Shown one piece after another: positions 19,297 through 28,351 of a stretch of 64,000 nucleotides of DNA. Below the pieces are notes generated by a model. The model saw only the letters and a program-made list of their open reading frames with translations, did not search any database and was not told the origin of the DNA. Source of the DNA: Minisyncoccota bacterium (GTDB taxonomy: Bacteria; Patescibacteriota; Minisyncoccia; Phycocordibacterales; Phycocordibacteraceae); NCBI GenBank assembly GCA_041664265.1, contig JBAYLD010000003.1, positions 7,988-71,987 of the forward strand. Reading direction: 5' to 3'. The position numbers were made by a program, and so were the translations under genes. Within the stretch, counting starts at the first letter, position 1. Each line of letters starts with the position of its first letter.

Positions 19297-19725
19297 TCAA
19301 GCAACGAGGCTAACCTTTTTAAGAAATGCCGGGAGGAACAGTTTGTGTCCGAAAAAGATATCGTCGGGCGGGGTTTCGAGATCAAACCATCGCCACTCCG
19401 CGAACGCTTCAGGTTCTGTTACTCTCGGCTCCCCTTCCCACTTCTTCGCCAAAAAATTGATGTGGATATAGTGGGAATCCTTTTCCGGTTCGGGCTCGTT
19501 GATGAGCTGGATGAATTCAAGATCCTCCTCCTTTACCTTGATGCCCGTTTCTTCTTCAAGTTCTCGAGCGGCTCCGCCGGTTAATGATTCGCCGAACTCG
19601 AACTTCCCGCCGGGTAGACACCATCCGCTCGTCTTGCCGATGCGGTTGCCCCACAAGAGCTTTCCGTTTTCGATAACAAAAACATTCACACCTATTCGCA
19701 CTATGTGTTCGTTCATGTCGCTCAT
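19297..19725 (-). CDS. NUDIX hydrolase
   Basis: LPGG..E.GES...AARELEEETG Nudix box. Confidence 0.92.
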   Translation of the reverse strand: MSDMNEHIVRIGVNVFVIENGKLLWGNRIGKTSGWCLPGGKFEFGESLTGGAARELEEETGIKVKEEDLEFIQLINEPEPEKDSHYIHINFLAKKWEGEPRVTEPEAFAEWRWFDLETPPDDIFFGHKLFLPAFLKKVSLVA

Positions 19726-19869
19726 GATACCCTCCTCTATGATGAATTAACTAATCCGTGGCTGAATATAGAAGTTAATAGTCGCAAAGTCAAACTTGAT
19801 CTAAAAACACCCCACTCGCGAATTCAGAAACGATGGAGACAAGAACGTGCATTGTTTCTTGGATCTCAA

Positions 19870-20331
19870 TTATTTGGGCGTAGCATCAATCGAAAAGTGG
19901 AGGTATTTCCTAAAAAGCTTTCGAAGATCTTCATTTTGACTCGCTATCCATTCCTCAAGATCTGCAGCCTCTTGTGCGAGCCCCGCTAGTATTTTCTCAT
20001 CCGCCACTCCTCTTTTGAACTTATCATGAAGTTGCTTTAGCCGAACACATTTATCGATGACTTTCTGCCTATATTCAGAAACTTCTTTACCAAATAAAAA
20101 TTCAGCATCCGCTGTATTCCATATGAGTTTAGAGAGTTCGTCGCTCTTGATATCAGCCAGTAGTGAAAAGCTGGTGAAAAACGATCTGAATCCTTCGAAT
20201 ACCTTATAACGTCGGTCGAATAAATCTAAGCGCAATTTATCTTTGTTTATATAAAACCCAGCCTCGTTTATTCGATAATTCTGCCAAGCGATACAGGCCA
20301 AAAGTATCGCAATGATAATTTGTATATCCAT
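19870..20331 (-). CDS. Hypothetical protein, AT-rich, with N-terminal TM helix
   Basis: 153-aa ORF; IAWQN...KLRLDLFDRRYKVF; visibly lower GC than neighbours. Confidence 0.7.
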   Translation of the reverse strand: MDIQIIIAILLACIAWQNYRINEAGFYINKDKLRLDLFDRRYKVFEGFRSFFTSFSLLADIKSDELSKLIWNTADAEFLFGKEVSEYRQKVIDKCVRLKQLHDKFKRGVADEKILAGLAQEAADLEEWIASQNEDLRKLFRKYLHFSIDATPK

Positions 20332-20339
20332 GATTTAAA

Positions 20340-20759
20340 TCATACGTCGCGATCCATTGCCTCATTCGCGAGAGCATCGGCGTCGGAGTTCTGCTCGCGC
20401 GGGACGTGCGTAAACGAGACTTTGCCGAATGGCGCCATGGCGCCCTTGAGGCGCGCGCACTGCTCTTTGAGCGTCTCGTTCTTAACCTTATATTCGCCAC
20501 GCATCTGCTTGACCACCAGCTCGCTGTCCATCTTTACTACTACCTCTGTACTCCCCTGCTTTGAAGCCGGAACAAGTTTTTCTAGTTCGCCAAAAGCGAG
20601 AATCACCGCTTCATACTCCGCGAAGTTGTTGGTGCGGATACCGAGAAACCGCGAGACATTCGCGACCGAGTTGCCCAGCTCGTCGCGGATCATCGCGCCC
20701 GCGCCCGCAGGCCCCGGGTTCCCGCGCGATCCGCCGTCGGCATGGATAGTGAAATGCAT
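20340..20759 (-). CDS. rnhA: Ribonuclease HI
   Basis: DGGSRGNPGPAG, TNN.AEY, DSELVVKQM.GEY, HVPRE.N..AD.LAN. Confidence 0.93.
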   Translation of the reverse strand: MHFTIHADGGSRGNPGPAGAGAMIRDELGNSVANVSRFLGIRTNNFAEYEAVILAFGELEKLVPASKQGSTEVVVKMDSELVVKQMRGEYKVKNETLKEQCARLKGAMAPFGKVSFTHVPREQNSDADALANEAMDRDV

Positions 20760-20793
20760 ACGAGCACTATAACGTATCAGCGATTGTGGAGCG

Positions 20794-20885
20794 AGGTGAC
20801 TCCTCACGGAGGGAGGTGTCTCCTCGCTCTGAGCGTGGAACATAAGGAGTCACCTTCCTCCGCTTCGCTCCGTAAGGAAACACCT
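20794..20885. repeat. Interlocked inverted-repeat element between recJ and rnhA
   Basis: aggtgactcct/aggagtcacct (20794-20804, 20845-20855) crossing aggtgtctcct/aggaaacacct (20814-20824, 20875-20885). Confidence 0.65.
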
Positions 20886-22612
20886 TATGTCACTTTGATA
20901 TCCAAAAGTCGCAGGCGGACGGGAGCGCCGCGGCTGAACGTATCTCGCTCGAGGTGTACCAGTAGGCTCGCGCGACTAGGTGACCCAAGTTTCTCTACTG
21001 TGCGTGCGAGCGCGCCTTTTACAAAAAAAGTTACGGCATCAATACTCTCGTTTGAGTCAGGAGCATCTATCTTCAATTTCAAATGTTCGTGCGCCTTCCC
21101 GAAGCGTGAAATCTCCCGTACCGAGACATCACGCAACAAGAACACCGGCTTCGGGTTCTGCTGGCCGAAGGGAGAGAGTTGTTCGATCTTTTTTAAAAAT
21201 GATTCAGTCGCCTCTTCGGGTGTGATCACTGCGTCAGCGTGCATCTCGAGTGTGTCGACCGGTTCTGTCTCTGCAGCGATGCGTGCGAGGGTGTTCACGA
21301 GATTGTCCTCGAGAAAGAAGATCGCGTCATCTCGCACGGTGAAACCGCCCGCTGCCGCATGGCCACCGTATTGTGTGAAGGTCTCTTCAGTCGCGCGCAT
21401 GAGTTCAAGCGCGTGGACGCTGCCACCGCTTCGCACCGACCCCTTGATGCTCCCATTCCCTTCTCTCCCCCAGAGAAACACCGGACGCTCATATTCGTCG
21501 GCGATGCCACCGGCGACAAGCCCTAAGAGCGCGGGGCGCCACTGCGGGTCTCCGAGCGCGATTACGCTCCGCATCTCGCCGCGCTCTTTGATCCGCGCGT
21601 GCACTGCGCGCGTGAGCGCGCCCGCCTCCGCCTTCCGGCTTCGATTCGCTTTTTCTAATTTGTTCGCGAGCAACTCAGCTTCATTTTCATCGTTGGTGGT
21701 GAAGAGGCGGAGCGCGTCGCGCGCGTCGCCCATGCGGCTTGCGGCGTTGACACGCGGGGCGATCATAAAGCCGATGTCGTCTTCGGTGATTGTGCGTTGG
21801 TTCACGCGGATCACGCGGCACAATTTCTGCAGGCCGAGGCGCGGCGACTTGCGAAGCACCATGAGGCCGTAGGTTGCGAGTACGCGGTTCTCACCGACGA
21901 GCGGGACCATATCTGCGATGGTCGCGAGCCCCACCATATCAAGAAGCCACTTCTCCCACCCCAGCGGAACTTTTTCTCGGAGCATCGGTTCTGCAGCGAG
22001 TGTCGCGCAAACCAATTTCCACGCGACGCCCGCGCCGCAAAGCTCGTGGAATGGATATGACTCGTCGGCGCGCGCGTTCGGATTGACGATAGCGAATGCA
22101 TCGGGTAATTCTTCGCCGGGCATATGGTGATCGGTGACGATAACTTCCATCCCCAATTCTTTTGCACGCGCGATCGGCTCGGCATCGGTGATGCCGGAGT
22201 CCACGGTGACGACCAGTTTCACTTCGCTCTTTGCGAGAGCTTCAATGCCGCCGACATTCATCCCGAATCCTTCATCGTGCCGATGCGGAATATAATTTTC
22301 AAAATTCGCCCCGACTTTTTTTAAGAAGTCATGCAAGATTACGGCACCTGGGATACCATCGCAGTCATAGTCGCTCCATATCGCAATTTTTTCTCCCGAG
22401 AGAATCGCAGCAGCAAGTCGCCGTGCTGCCTTCTCCATACCAAGCATCAAGAGCGGATCATGCAAATGTAAATCATATGAGGGATTCAAGAAAATCTCGG
22501 CATCTTCTTTGGTCGTGACTCCGCGGCGCGCGAGGAGCGCGGCGGTGAGGTCGTCATAGGCGGCGAGCTCTTCGCGCACCGGATCAGCCAAAGGCTCATG
22601 GAGTGGAAACAT
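20885..22612 (-). CDS. recJ: Single-stranded-DNA exonuclease RecJ
   Basis: DYDCDG, TVDSG, TDHH, ATIAD.VPL.GENR, GGHAAAGG, PFGQ.NP.P. Confidence 0.95.
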   Translation of the reverse strand: MFPLHEPLADPVREELAAYDDLTAALLARRGVTTKEDAEIFLNPSYDLHLHDPLLMLGMEKAARRLAAAILSGEKIAIWSDYDCDGIPGAVILHDFLKKVGANFENYIPHRHDEGFGMNVGGIEALAKSEVKLVVTVDSGITDAEPIARAKELGMEVIVTDHHMPGEELPDAFAIVNPNARADESYPFHELCGAGVAWKLVCATLAAEPMLREKVPLGWEKWLLDMVGLATIADMVPLVGENRVLATYGLMVLRKSPRLGLQKLCRVIRVNQRTITEDDIGFMIAPRVNAASRMGDARDALRLFTTNDENEAELLANKLEKANRSRKAEAGALTRAVHARIKERGEMRSVIALGDPQWRPALLGLVAGGIADEYERPVFLWGREGNGSIKGSVRSGGSVHALELMRATEETFTQYGGHAAAGGFTVRDDAIFFLEDNLVNTLARIAAETEPVDTLEMHADAVITPEEATESFLKKIEQLSPFGQQNPKPVFLLRDVSVREISRFGKAHEHLKLKIDAPDSNESIDAVTFFVKGALARTVEKLGSPSRASLLVHLERDTFSRGAPVRLRLLDIKVT

Positions 22613-22636
22613 AAAGACCTATTGTATACTGCCCTG

Positions 22637-22969
22637 ATGGAAGATTGTATTTTTTGCAAAATCGCCTCAGGAGAGATCCCCTCGCGGAAAGTGGATCACG
22701 AAGGCAATACCGTCGTCTCATTTCTGGATATCAACCAAAAGGTGCCCGGCCATACGCTCGTTATCCCGGTCGAGCATCACCGCTGGTTTGACGAATTGCC
22801 TGATGAACTCGCAACCAAGCTTTTTCGCGCTGCGCGACTGGTCGCGCAAGAGTTGAAAGAAAGAACGAACGCTGATTACATCCAGCTTACGATCCTTGGT
22901 ACCGATATTTCGCACGTACACCTGCACCTCCTCCCGCGCTTCTTTAAAGACAAACCGCCCAAGGTTTAA
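22637..22969 (+). CDS. HIT family nucleotide hydrolase
   Basis: DCIFCKI, PGHTLVIP, HVHLHLLPR. Confidence 0.92.
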   Translation: MEDCIFCKIASGEIPSRKVDHEGNTVVSFLDINQKVPGHTLVIPVEHHRWFDELPDELATKLFRAARLVAQELKERTNADYIQLTILGTDISHVHLHLLPRFFKDKPPKV

Positions 22970-24042
22970 CGCAACACCTCAATCCCCGGCAGGGTGCCGC
23001 GGGCGAGGAAGTCGAGCATCGCGCCGCCGCCGGTCGAGACAAACGAAAATTGCGAGAGAAGTCCGAGACTCTCGATCGCGGCGATGGTGTCTCCCCCGCC
23101 GATGATCGAATGAGCTCTTGAGGCGGCGACTGCGCGCGCGAAGGCGATCGTTGCGGCAGTAAATCCTTCTTCATATTTTCCCAACGGCCCGTTCCAGAGG
23201 ATCGTCTTTGCGTGTGTCGCGAGATCGGCGAGAAGCGCCGAGGTGCCCGAGCCGGCGTCAAGAATCACGTCATCTTTTATGACCGAATCAATCGGCAGCA
23301 CGAGTTTCGGACTGGCAAGAATTTTTTTGATCGCGTTGGGATCAGCACTTGAGAAAATCGACTTCCCCACGTCTCGCCCCGATGCCTTTAAAAAGTCGTT
23401 TGCGAGTGCCCCACCGACACATACATGATCGTATATTTCAAGAAGAGCGGTGAGCACCGGCTCCTTCGTACTAAACTTCGATCCGCCGATAACCGCGAGC
23501 GCAGGATGTCTGGGCGTGCGTGCCTGCGAGAGTTCCCGCACCTCCTCTTCAAGAAGCATACCCGCATACGAAGGCAGAAGTTTTGGGATGCCGACGATCG
23601 AAGCATGCGCGCGATGACAGGTGTCAAATGAATCTTCGACAAAGATGTCGGCAAGCGCAGCAAGCTCGCGCGCGAACGCAGGATCATTTTCTTGTTCGCC
23701 CTTGTTGCGGCGCAGATTTTCAAGAACGAGAATGTGGCCGGGAGCGAGTCCGCGGATCGCGGCGCGGACTCGCTCACCGACAGTCTCCGGGTAAAAGGAA
23801 ACACCCGGGAGCAGTTTCCCCAAAACGTCGGCAGCAGGGCGGAGAGTCTCAGTCCCCTTCTCTCCTGTGTGGCTGATAAGAATGACCCGTGCGCCACGCT
23901 CGGCGAGAAATCGAATAGTTGGCAAAGCTTGTTGCAAACGATATGCACTCGCCACTTCCCCGTTCTTGATGGGAACATTCAGCGCAGCGCGTACGAGTAT
24001 CGGGATATTCTCGAAGAGCCGTATGTCGCGGACGCTTCGCAT
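22966..24042 (-). CDS. pgk: Phosphoglycerate kinase
   Basis: LVRAALNVP, LENLR, HRAHAS, WNGPLG, GGGDT, VSTGGGA. Confidence 0.93.
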   Translation of the reverse strand: MRSVRDIRLFENIPILVRAALNVPIKNGEVASAYRLQQALPTIRFLAERGARVILISHTGEKGTETLRPAADVLGKLLPGVSFYPETVGERVRAAIRGLAPGHILVLENLRRNKGEQENDPAFARELAALADIFVEDSFDTCHRAHASIVGIPKLLPSYAGMLLEEEVRELSQARTPRHPALAVIGGSKFSTKEPVLTALLEIYDHVCVGGALANDFLKASGRDVGKSIFSSADPNAIKKILASPKLVLPIDSVIKDDVILDAGSGTSALLADLATHAKTILWNGPLGKYEEGFTAATIAFARAVAASRAHSIIGGGDTIAAIESLGLLSQFSFVSTGGGAMLDFLARGTLPGIEVLR

Positions 24043-24043
24043 G

Positions 24044-24787
24044 CTACACGAGCTGCTTCACGAGCAGCGTGAATGTGTGCGGGTCGATTGACGCATGCCC
24101 GATTAGAAGGCCGTCGATACCACAGCTTGCTGCCAGATCACGCACGTTGCTCGGCTCAACCGACCCGCCATAGAGAACGAACGATTGGCGAGAACTTGTT
24201 CCGGGGAGCAGTTCTGCCAGTACCTTGCGGATGTAAAGCACCATCTCGGCGAGGTCGTTCGGTCCGATGGCAGCCGATGCGGTCTTACCGATCGCCCACA
24301 ATGGTTCGTAGGCTATGATGACCCTTGGCTTTTCCCGGGGAGTGAGCGACCCGATCGCGGCGGTGATCTGTTCGCGCACGATCGCGAGATAGCGGCCCTC
24401 GCTGTCGCGCTCACGCTCCCCGACACAAAGGATGGGAGTGATCCCGTGGGCGATTGTGTGGGATATTTTCTCAGCGATGATCGCGTCGGTATCGCCTGCG
24501 GCGCGGCGTTCAGAATGGCCGATAAGTGTGTAGGTTGCGCCCGCCGCCGCATACGTTTGCGCCGTTACTTCACCCGTATGCGCGCCGCCTGTGATGCGGG
24601 ATACGTCTTGTGCCGCAAAAGCAACTCGAGACTTATTCCGAAGCGCGAGCGCTCCCAAGAACGGTGCAGGTGGCGCAAGCACGATGTCGCATCCGGTAGT
24701 ACGCGCGAGTTTTTTACCGACCGCAAAAAGCTTCTTTGCTTTTGCAAGATCTTCTACATAGGCCTTCCAGTTCGCGACAATAAGCAT
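24044..24787 (-). CDS. tpiA: Triosephosphate isomerase
   Basis: ANWK, GAHTGE, IGHSERR, AYEPLWAIG, LYGGSV. Confidence 0.95.
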   Translation of the reverse strand: MLIVANWKAYVEDLAKAKKLFAVGKKLARTTGCDIVLAPPAPFLGALALRNKSRVAFAAQDVSRITGGAHTGEVTAQTYAAAGATYTLIGHSERRAAGDTDAIIAEKISHTIAHGITPILCVGERERDSEGRYLAIVREQITAAIGSLTPREKPRVIIAYEPLWAIGKTASAAIGPNDLAEMVLYIRKVLAELLPGTSSRQSFVLYGGSVEPSNVRDLAASCGIDGLLIGHASIDPHTFTLLVKQLV

Positions 24788-24822
24788 GTACCTAATGATA
24801 GCAGGTCGTACGCTCACTCGGG

Positions 24823-26094
24823 CTAATCCGAAATAGAGTAGGTGCGTGGCACCACTGCCCACGACCCCCCTGGTCCGCTCGAGAACGCTTGGTTCTGGAG
24901 ACCGCTCATGTAGGTAATGACCGCATTATTACTGAGCGAAAGTCCGTATGCGGTAATCTGATTCGCTCCGGCATTATTTGCGACAGTAATGGTGCCACGC
25001 GATGCATAGAGAATGATACTGTCGACGTTATTGCTCAATGTGATAGCTGTCGAGCCAGTACGCGTACTGATAATCATAGGGTAGCTCCCCGCGGTACCGT
25101 TACCTGAGGCGTCCATATTGTTCGCGAGCGTGACGATACCCTTCGTCGCTTCGCTACCCGGGGCGTCGGCGATAAGGATGGCGCCCCCATTGCCGGTAAT
25201 CGGAGAGACAGTAAGCTTCGCATTATTCCCGAACGTTATATTGCCTCTCACCCACACGATGCCGCTTAATAGCAGTGTGCCGTTTACGACAAGATCTCCT
25301 TGTATCTCTGCGGGACCAAATGTCTGAGAACCGTTCAAGGTGTAGTTTCCATTTATGACAGTTCCGGCGGCGGCGATTGCCTCCCAGGCATTAATTTGCG
25401 TATCTGAAATAGGCATCGCTTCTGAGGTGGAATCGGTGCTTCCCGGATGTTGTGTTCCGGCCACCGAACAATTCGAGATGGTCTGGTAATAGGCGTCCCC
25501 GCCGACGGTGCAGTTCGAGAGAGAGTGTGCGCGTGCCGTCCCTTGCACGGTGATGCCGCTGATTGTTGTGGTGCTACCGGCGGCGACTGCGTCTCCTGTG
25601 ATAACGCCGCTCCCGCTGATGGGGCCGTCCGTATAGAGATTGCCTTCTATGCGAGCGTTATTGCTCATGATGAGGCCACCCGCGCCGACTTGTGCGCCAT
25701 AGCGGAAAGAGACTACGGTGGTATTTATATTGGCGAGGACCGTTACAGTTTTAGTCGCGCGAGAGTTTTCTGCATCCGGAACGAAGCCGGTGGCCGTAAT
25801 CTGTTTGGTATTGGTATTTACGTTTGATACGACGACCGTGTAGGTTCCCGCGCCAAGCGGCGTATCCGCCTCTCCCGTATAATTCGCGCTGAGGTTCAAT
25901 TGGGATATCGCCGCATCGATTCCTGCTTCTGCGAGTGAGAGTGCCTGCACATTTTCTACATTATAACGCGTGCTTCGCGCCGAGCTCGTTACAAAGTTGA
26001 GGTATGCCGTGGCGATGGTGAATAAGATGCCGAGGAAGACGAGCGATAAGAGGAGTATGTATCCTCGGTGGAGTGTTGGAGTTGGGTGGCGCAT
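24823..26094 (-). CDS. PilX-like minor pilin / pilus assembly protein
   Basis: RG-YILLLSLV prepilin-like N-terminus, A.SLAEAGI..AI..L, beta-helix-like body. Confidence 0.75.
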   Translation of the reverse strand: MRHPTPTLHRGYILLLSLVFLGILFTIATAYLNFVTSSARSTRYNVENVQALSLAEAGIDAAISQLNLSANYTGEADTPLGAGTYTVVVSNVNTNTKQITATGFVPDAENSRATKTVTVLANINTTVVSFRYGAQVGAGGLIMSNNARIEGNLYTDGPISGSGVITGDAVAAGSTTTISGITVQGTARAHSLSNCTVGGDAYYQTISNCSVAGTQHPGSTDSTSEAMPISDTQINAWEAIAAAGTVINGNYTLNGSQTFGPAEIQGDLVVNGTLLLSGIVWVRGNITFGNNAKLTVSPITGNGGAILIADAPGSEATKGIVTLANNMDASGNGTAGSYPMIISTRTGSTAITLSNNVDSIILYASRGTITVANNAGANQITAYGLSLSNNAVITYMSGLQNQAFSSGPGGSWAVVPRTYSISD

Positions 26095-26102
26095 ACGTTT
26101 GG

Positions 26103-26651
26103 TTAGTGATTGCGCAGTCGCAGCTGCTCTTGCCGATGGTCAGAGAGCGGATGCTGCTTCACCTGCGCTTGCGTTTGCAGATCAATAGTGACCGTGTCTA
26201 CTTGGGTAAAATCGGCGGCGTCATAACTGAATGTTAGCGCGCTCACGGTGGAACTGAGTAGTTTTGTACCAGAAACCCGTCGGCTCAAGGTGTTTGCTTC
26301 AAGAAGCCGGTAAGCATCGGGGCCCTCAGTATAGAACGTCGCGTAATCATACGTGTTTGCAATGACCATGCCGGAACTATCGATAGAAGGGATCTCGATG
26401 ACGAGCGTCGTCGATGATGAGGTGTGTGTCGAACTCGAGAAGGTGTGCGTTTGGAGCACGGCGTCGGCGGGAAGCACGAGCGACCCTGCTTCTCGCATGA
26501 GCATATCCGCCGAGCCGGATGATTGCGCGATGGCTTGCTGATACGACACTGATTCGTTGAAGCTGTAGACCAAAAAACCGAGAGTGAGCAGCATAACGAC
26601 ACTGAGAGCAACGACGATAACCGTTTCAACGAGGGAAAATCCACGAATCAT
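26103..26651 (-). CDS. Type IV prepilin-like protein
   Basis: MIRG-FSLVE N-methylation motif followed by hydrophobic helix. Confidence 0.85.
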   Translation of the reverse strand: MIRGFSLVETVIVVALSVVMLLTLGFLVYSFNESVSYQQAIAQSSGSADMLMREAGSLVLPADAVLQTHTFSSSTHTSSSTTLVIEIPSIDSSGMVIANTYDYATFYTEGPDAYRLLEANTLSRRVSGTKLLSSTVSALTFSYDAADFTQVDTVTIDLQTQAQVKQHPLSDHRQEQLRLRNH

Positions 26652-27136
26652 GGGAGTCCGCCAGTCTGAGTGATAAGTGTCGAGAGCGAGACCGTACTTG
26701 ATGCGGCAGAACCCGGGTCTTGCCACACGATGCTCACGACCACTTGTTTTGTTTTGTCATTGAAAGGGCTCACGGTACGCGTCGTGGTCGCCAGGGGGAT
26801 CGTGCTCAAGAGCTCATTTGAAAATGAGCCGCTGGGCGGGAGCGCGTCATAGCCGCCCTCGCGTAAGACCTCAATCTCGTTACGGGCGATAGACAATGCG
26901 ATGCCCTGGCTCTTCGAAATCCTCGCTAGCACGCTGCTCTGCAGTACAGACTGCAACAAGAAGAGGATGACACCCACGATAAAGATTGAGATGACGACTT
27001 CGATGAGCGAGAACCCACGTTTCAGTTGTAAGCACGAAGCACGAAGCACGAAATTCGAAACAAATTTAAAATTTAAAATTTGGAATTTAGGATTTGTTTC
27101 GTGCTTCGGATTTCGGATTTCGGATTTCTGCTTCAT
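26648..27136 (-). CDS. Type IV prepilin-like protein with repeat-extended leader
   Basis: KRG-FSLIEVVI after a ~40-aa leader; ATG overlaps the pilC stop. Confidence 0.82.
   Translation of the reverse strand: MKQKSEIRNPKHETNPKFQILNFKFVSNFVLRASCLQLKRGFSLIEVVISIFIVGVILFLLQSVLQSSVLARISKSQGIALSIARNEIEVLREGGYDALPPSGSFSNELLSTIPLATTTRTVSPFNDKTKQVVVSIVWQDPGSAASSTVSLSTLITQTGGLP
27031..27128. repeat. Heptamer-periodic quasi-palindromic element in the prepilin leader
   Basis: (agcacga)x3 ... (ttaaaat)x2 ... (ggatttc)x3; 14 seven-base units with complementary arms. Confidence 0.85.
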
Positions 27137-28350
27137 ATCGCCGATGAAAGCTGGTAAATCGGCGCAATCATCGCGACGGCGAAGATGCCGACGAAGATGC
27201 CGATGAGGATCATAAGGATGGGCTCAATGATAGTCGAGAGGTCTTTTGTCTTCTGAGCCACGTCTTCTTCGTAAAACTCTGCGACCTGCTTCAGCATCTC
27301 GGCGACCTTGCCGGTCTCCTCGCCCACGTTGAGCATGTCGCTCATAAGGATCGGATACAGTCTCGTGTGCTCGGAGAACGCCAGAGAGAGCGGTTCTCCC
27401 TTTTTGACATGGACCTCTGCCTCCGCGACCACTGTCGCGAATGGTTCCGTGTGCACGACCTCTCGAGTGATAGAGAGGGCGCCGAGTACCGGCACGCCCG
27501 CCGAGAGGAGCGAGGAGAGCGTGCGCGAGGCGCGCGCTGTGTACGTCTCGCGCACAAGTTCGCCGATGACCGGCAGGTGGAGCGCTGTCGCAGTCACGAG
27601 CCTGCTCCCACTTCTGGATCGGACAAAGACGACGGCACCCGCGACGAGTGCGATGAGGGTTCCCACAGCGAGAGAAACATGAGACACCATGAAGTTCGAG
27701 AGGGCGACGATAACACGCGTCGCGAGCGGCACCTCTACTCCAAGCGCCGTGAAGGTGCTGGTCAGAGTCGGTACGACATAGATGAGCATGAGGATGCCGA
27801 CGATGACCACAGCGGTGATGACGATTATCGGATAGATCATCGCGCCTTTTATCTTCCGCACCAACTCTTCAGAGCGTTCCATTTGGAGTGCGACGACCGA
27901 GAGGGATTCGGCCAGAGATCCGGACTCTTCTCCTGCGCGCGCCATCGCGGCGAACAACTCGGGGAACACTCTCGGATACAGCGCCAAGGCCTCGTGGAAT
28001 GACGAGCCCTTCTTAACGGACTCAGAGAGTCCTGCGGCGATTGCCTTCAAATGTTTGTTGCTGGATTGCCGCTCGATAACCGACAGGGCTCGAGAGATCG
28101 AGAGGCCGGCGGAGAGCATCGCGGATAGATTTTTAGCGGTGCGGATTATCTCGATGCGCTTCACGCCGGTCCCGATCGATATGTTGAAGCGAGAAAACAC
28201 GTCAAGAACGCGTCCGCTCTGCTCCTCGATCGAGGCGACAAACCCGCCCTCGTTCCTCACCAGGTCGTATACCTCAAAGCGCGAGGGTGCTTCGACGATG
28301 CGTGTCTCATCGGGTACCCCATCCTTCCGTATCGTAACGCGGAATTTCAT
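27133..28350 (-). CDS. pilC: Type II secretion F / PilC platform protein
   Basis: LSAGL.I.RAL, AGEESG.L, AMIYP, VGEETG, IIEP. Confidence 0.93.
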   Translation of the reverse strand: MKFRVTIRKDGVPDETRIVEAPSRFEVYDLVRNEGGFVASIEEQSGRVLDVFSRFNISIGTGVKRIEIIRTAKNLSAMLSAGLSISRALSVIERQSSNKHLKAIAAGLSESVKKGSSFHEALALYPRVFPELFAAMARAGEESGSLAESLSVVALQMERSEELVRKIKGAMIYPIIVITAVVIVGILMLIYVVPTLTSTFTALGVEVPLATRVIVALSNFMVSHVSLAVGTLIALVAGAVVFVRSRSGSRLVTATALHLPVIGELVRETYTARASRTLSSLLSAGVPVLGALSITREVVHTEPFATVVAEAEVHVKKGEPLSLAFSEHTRLYPILMSDMLNVGEETGKVAEMLKQVAEFYEEDVAQKTKDLSTIIEPILMILIGIFVGIFAVAMIAPIYQLSSAI

Positions 28351-28351
28351 A

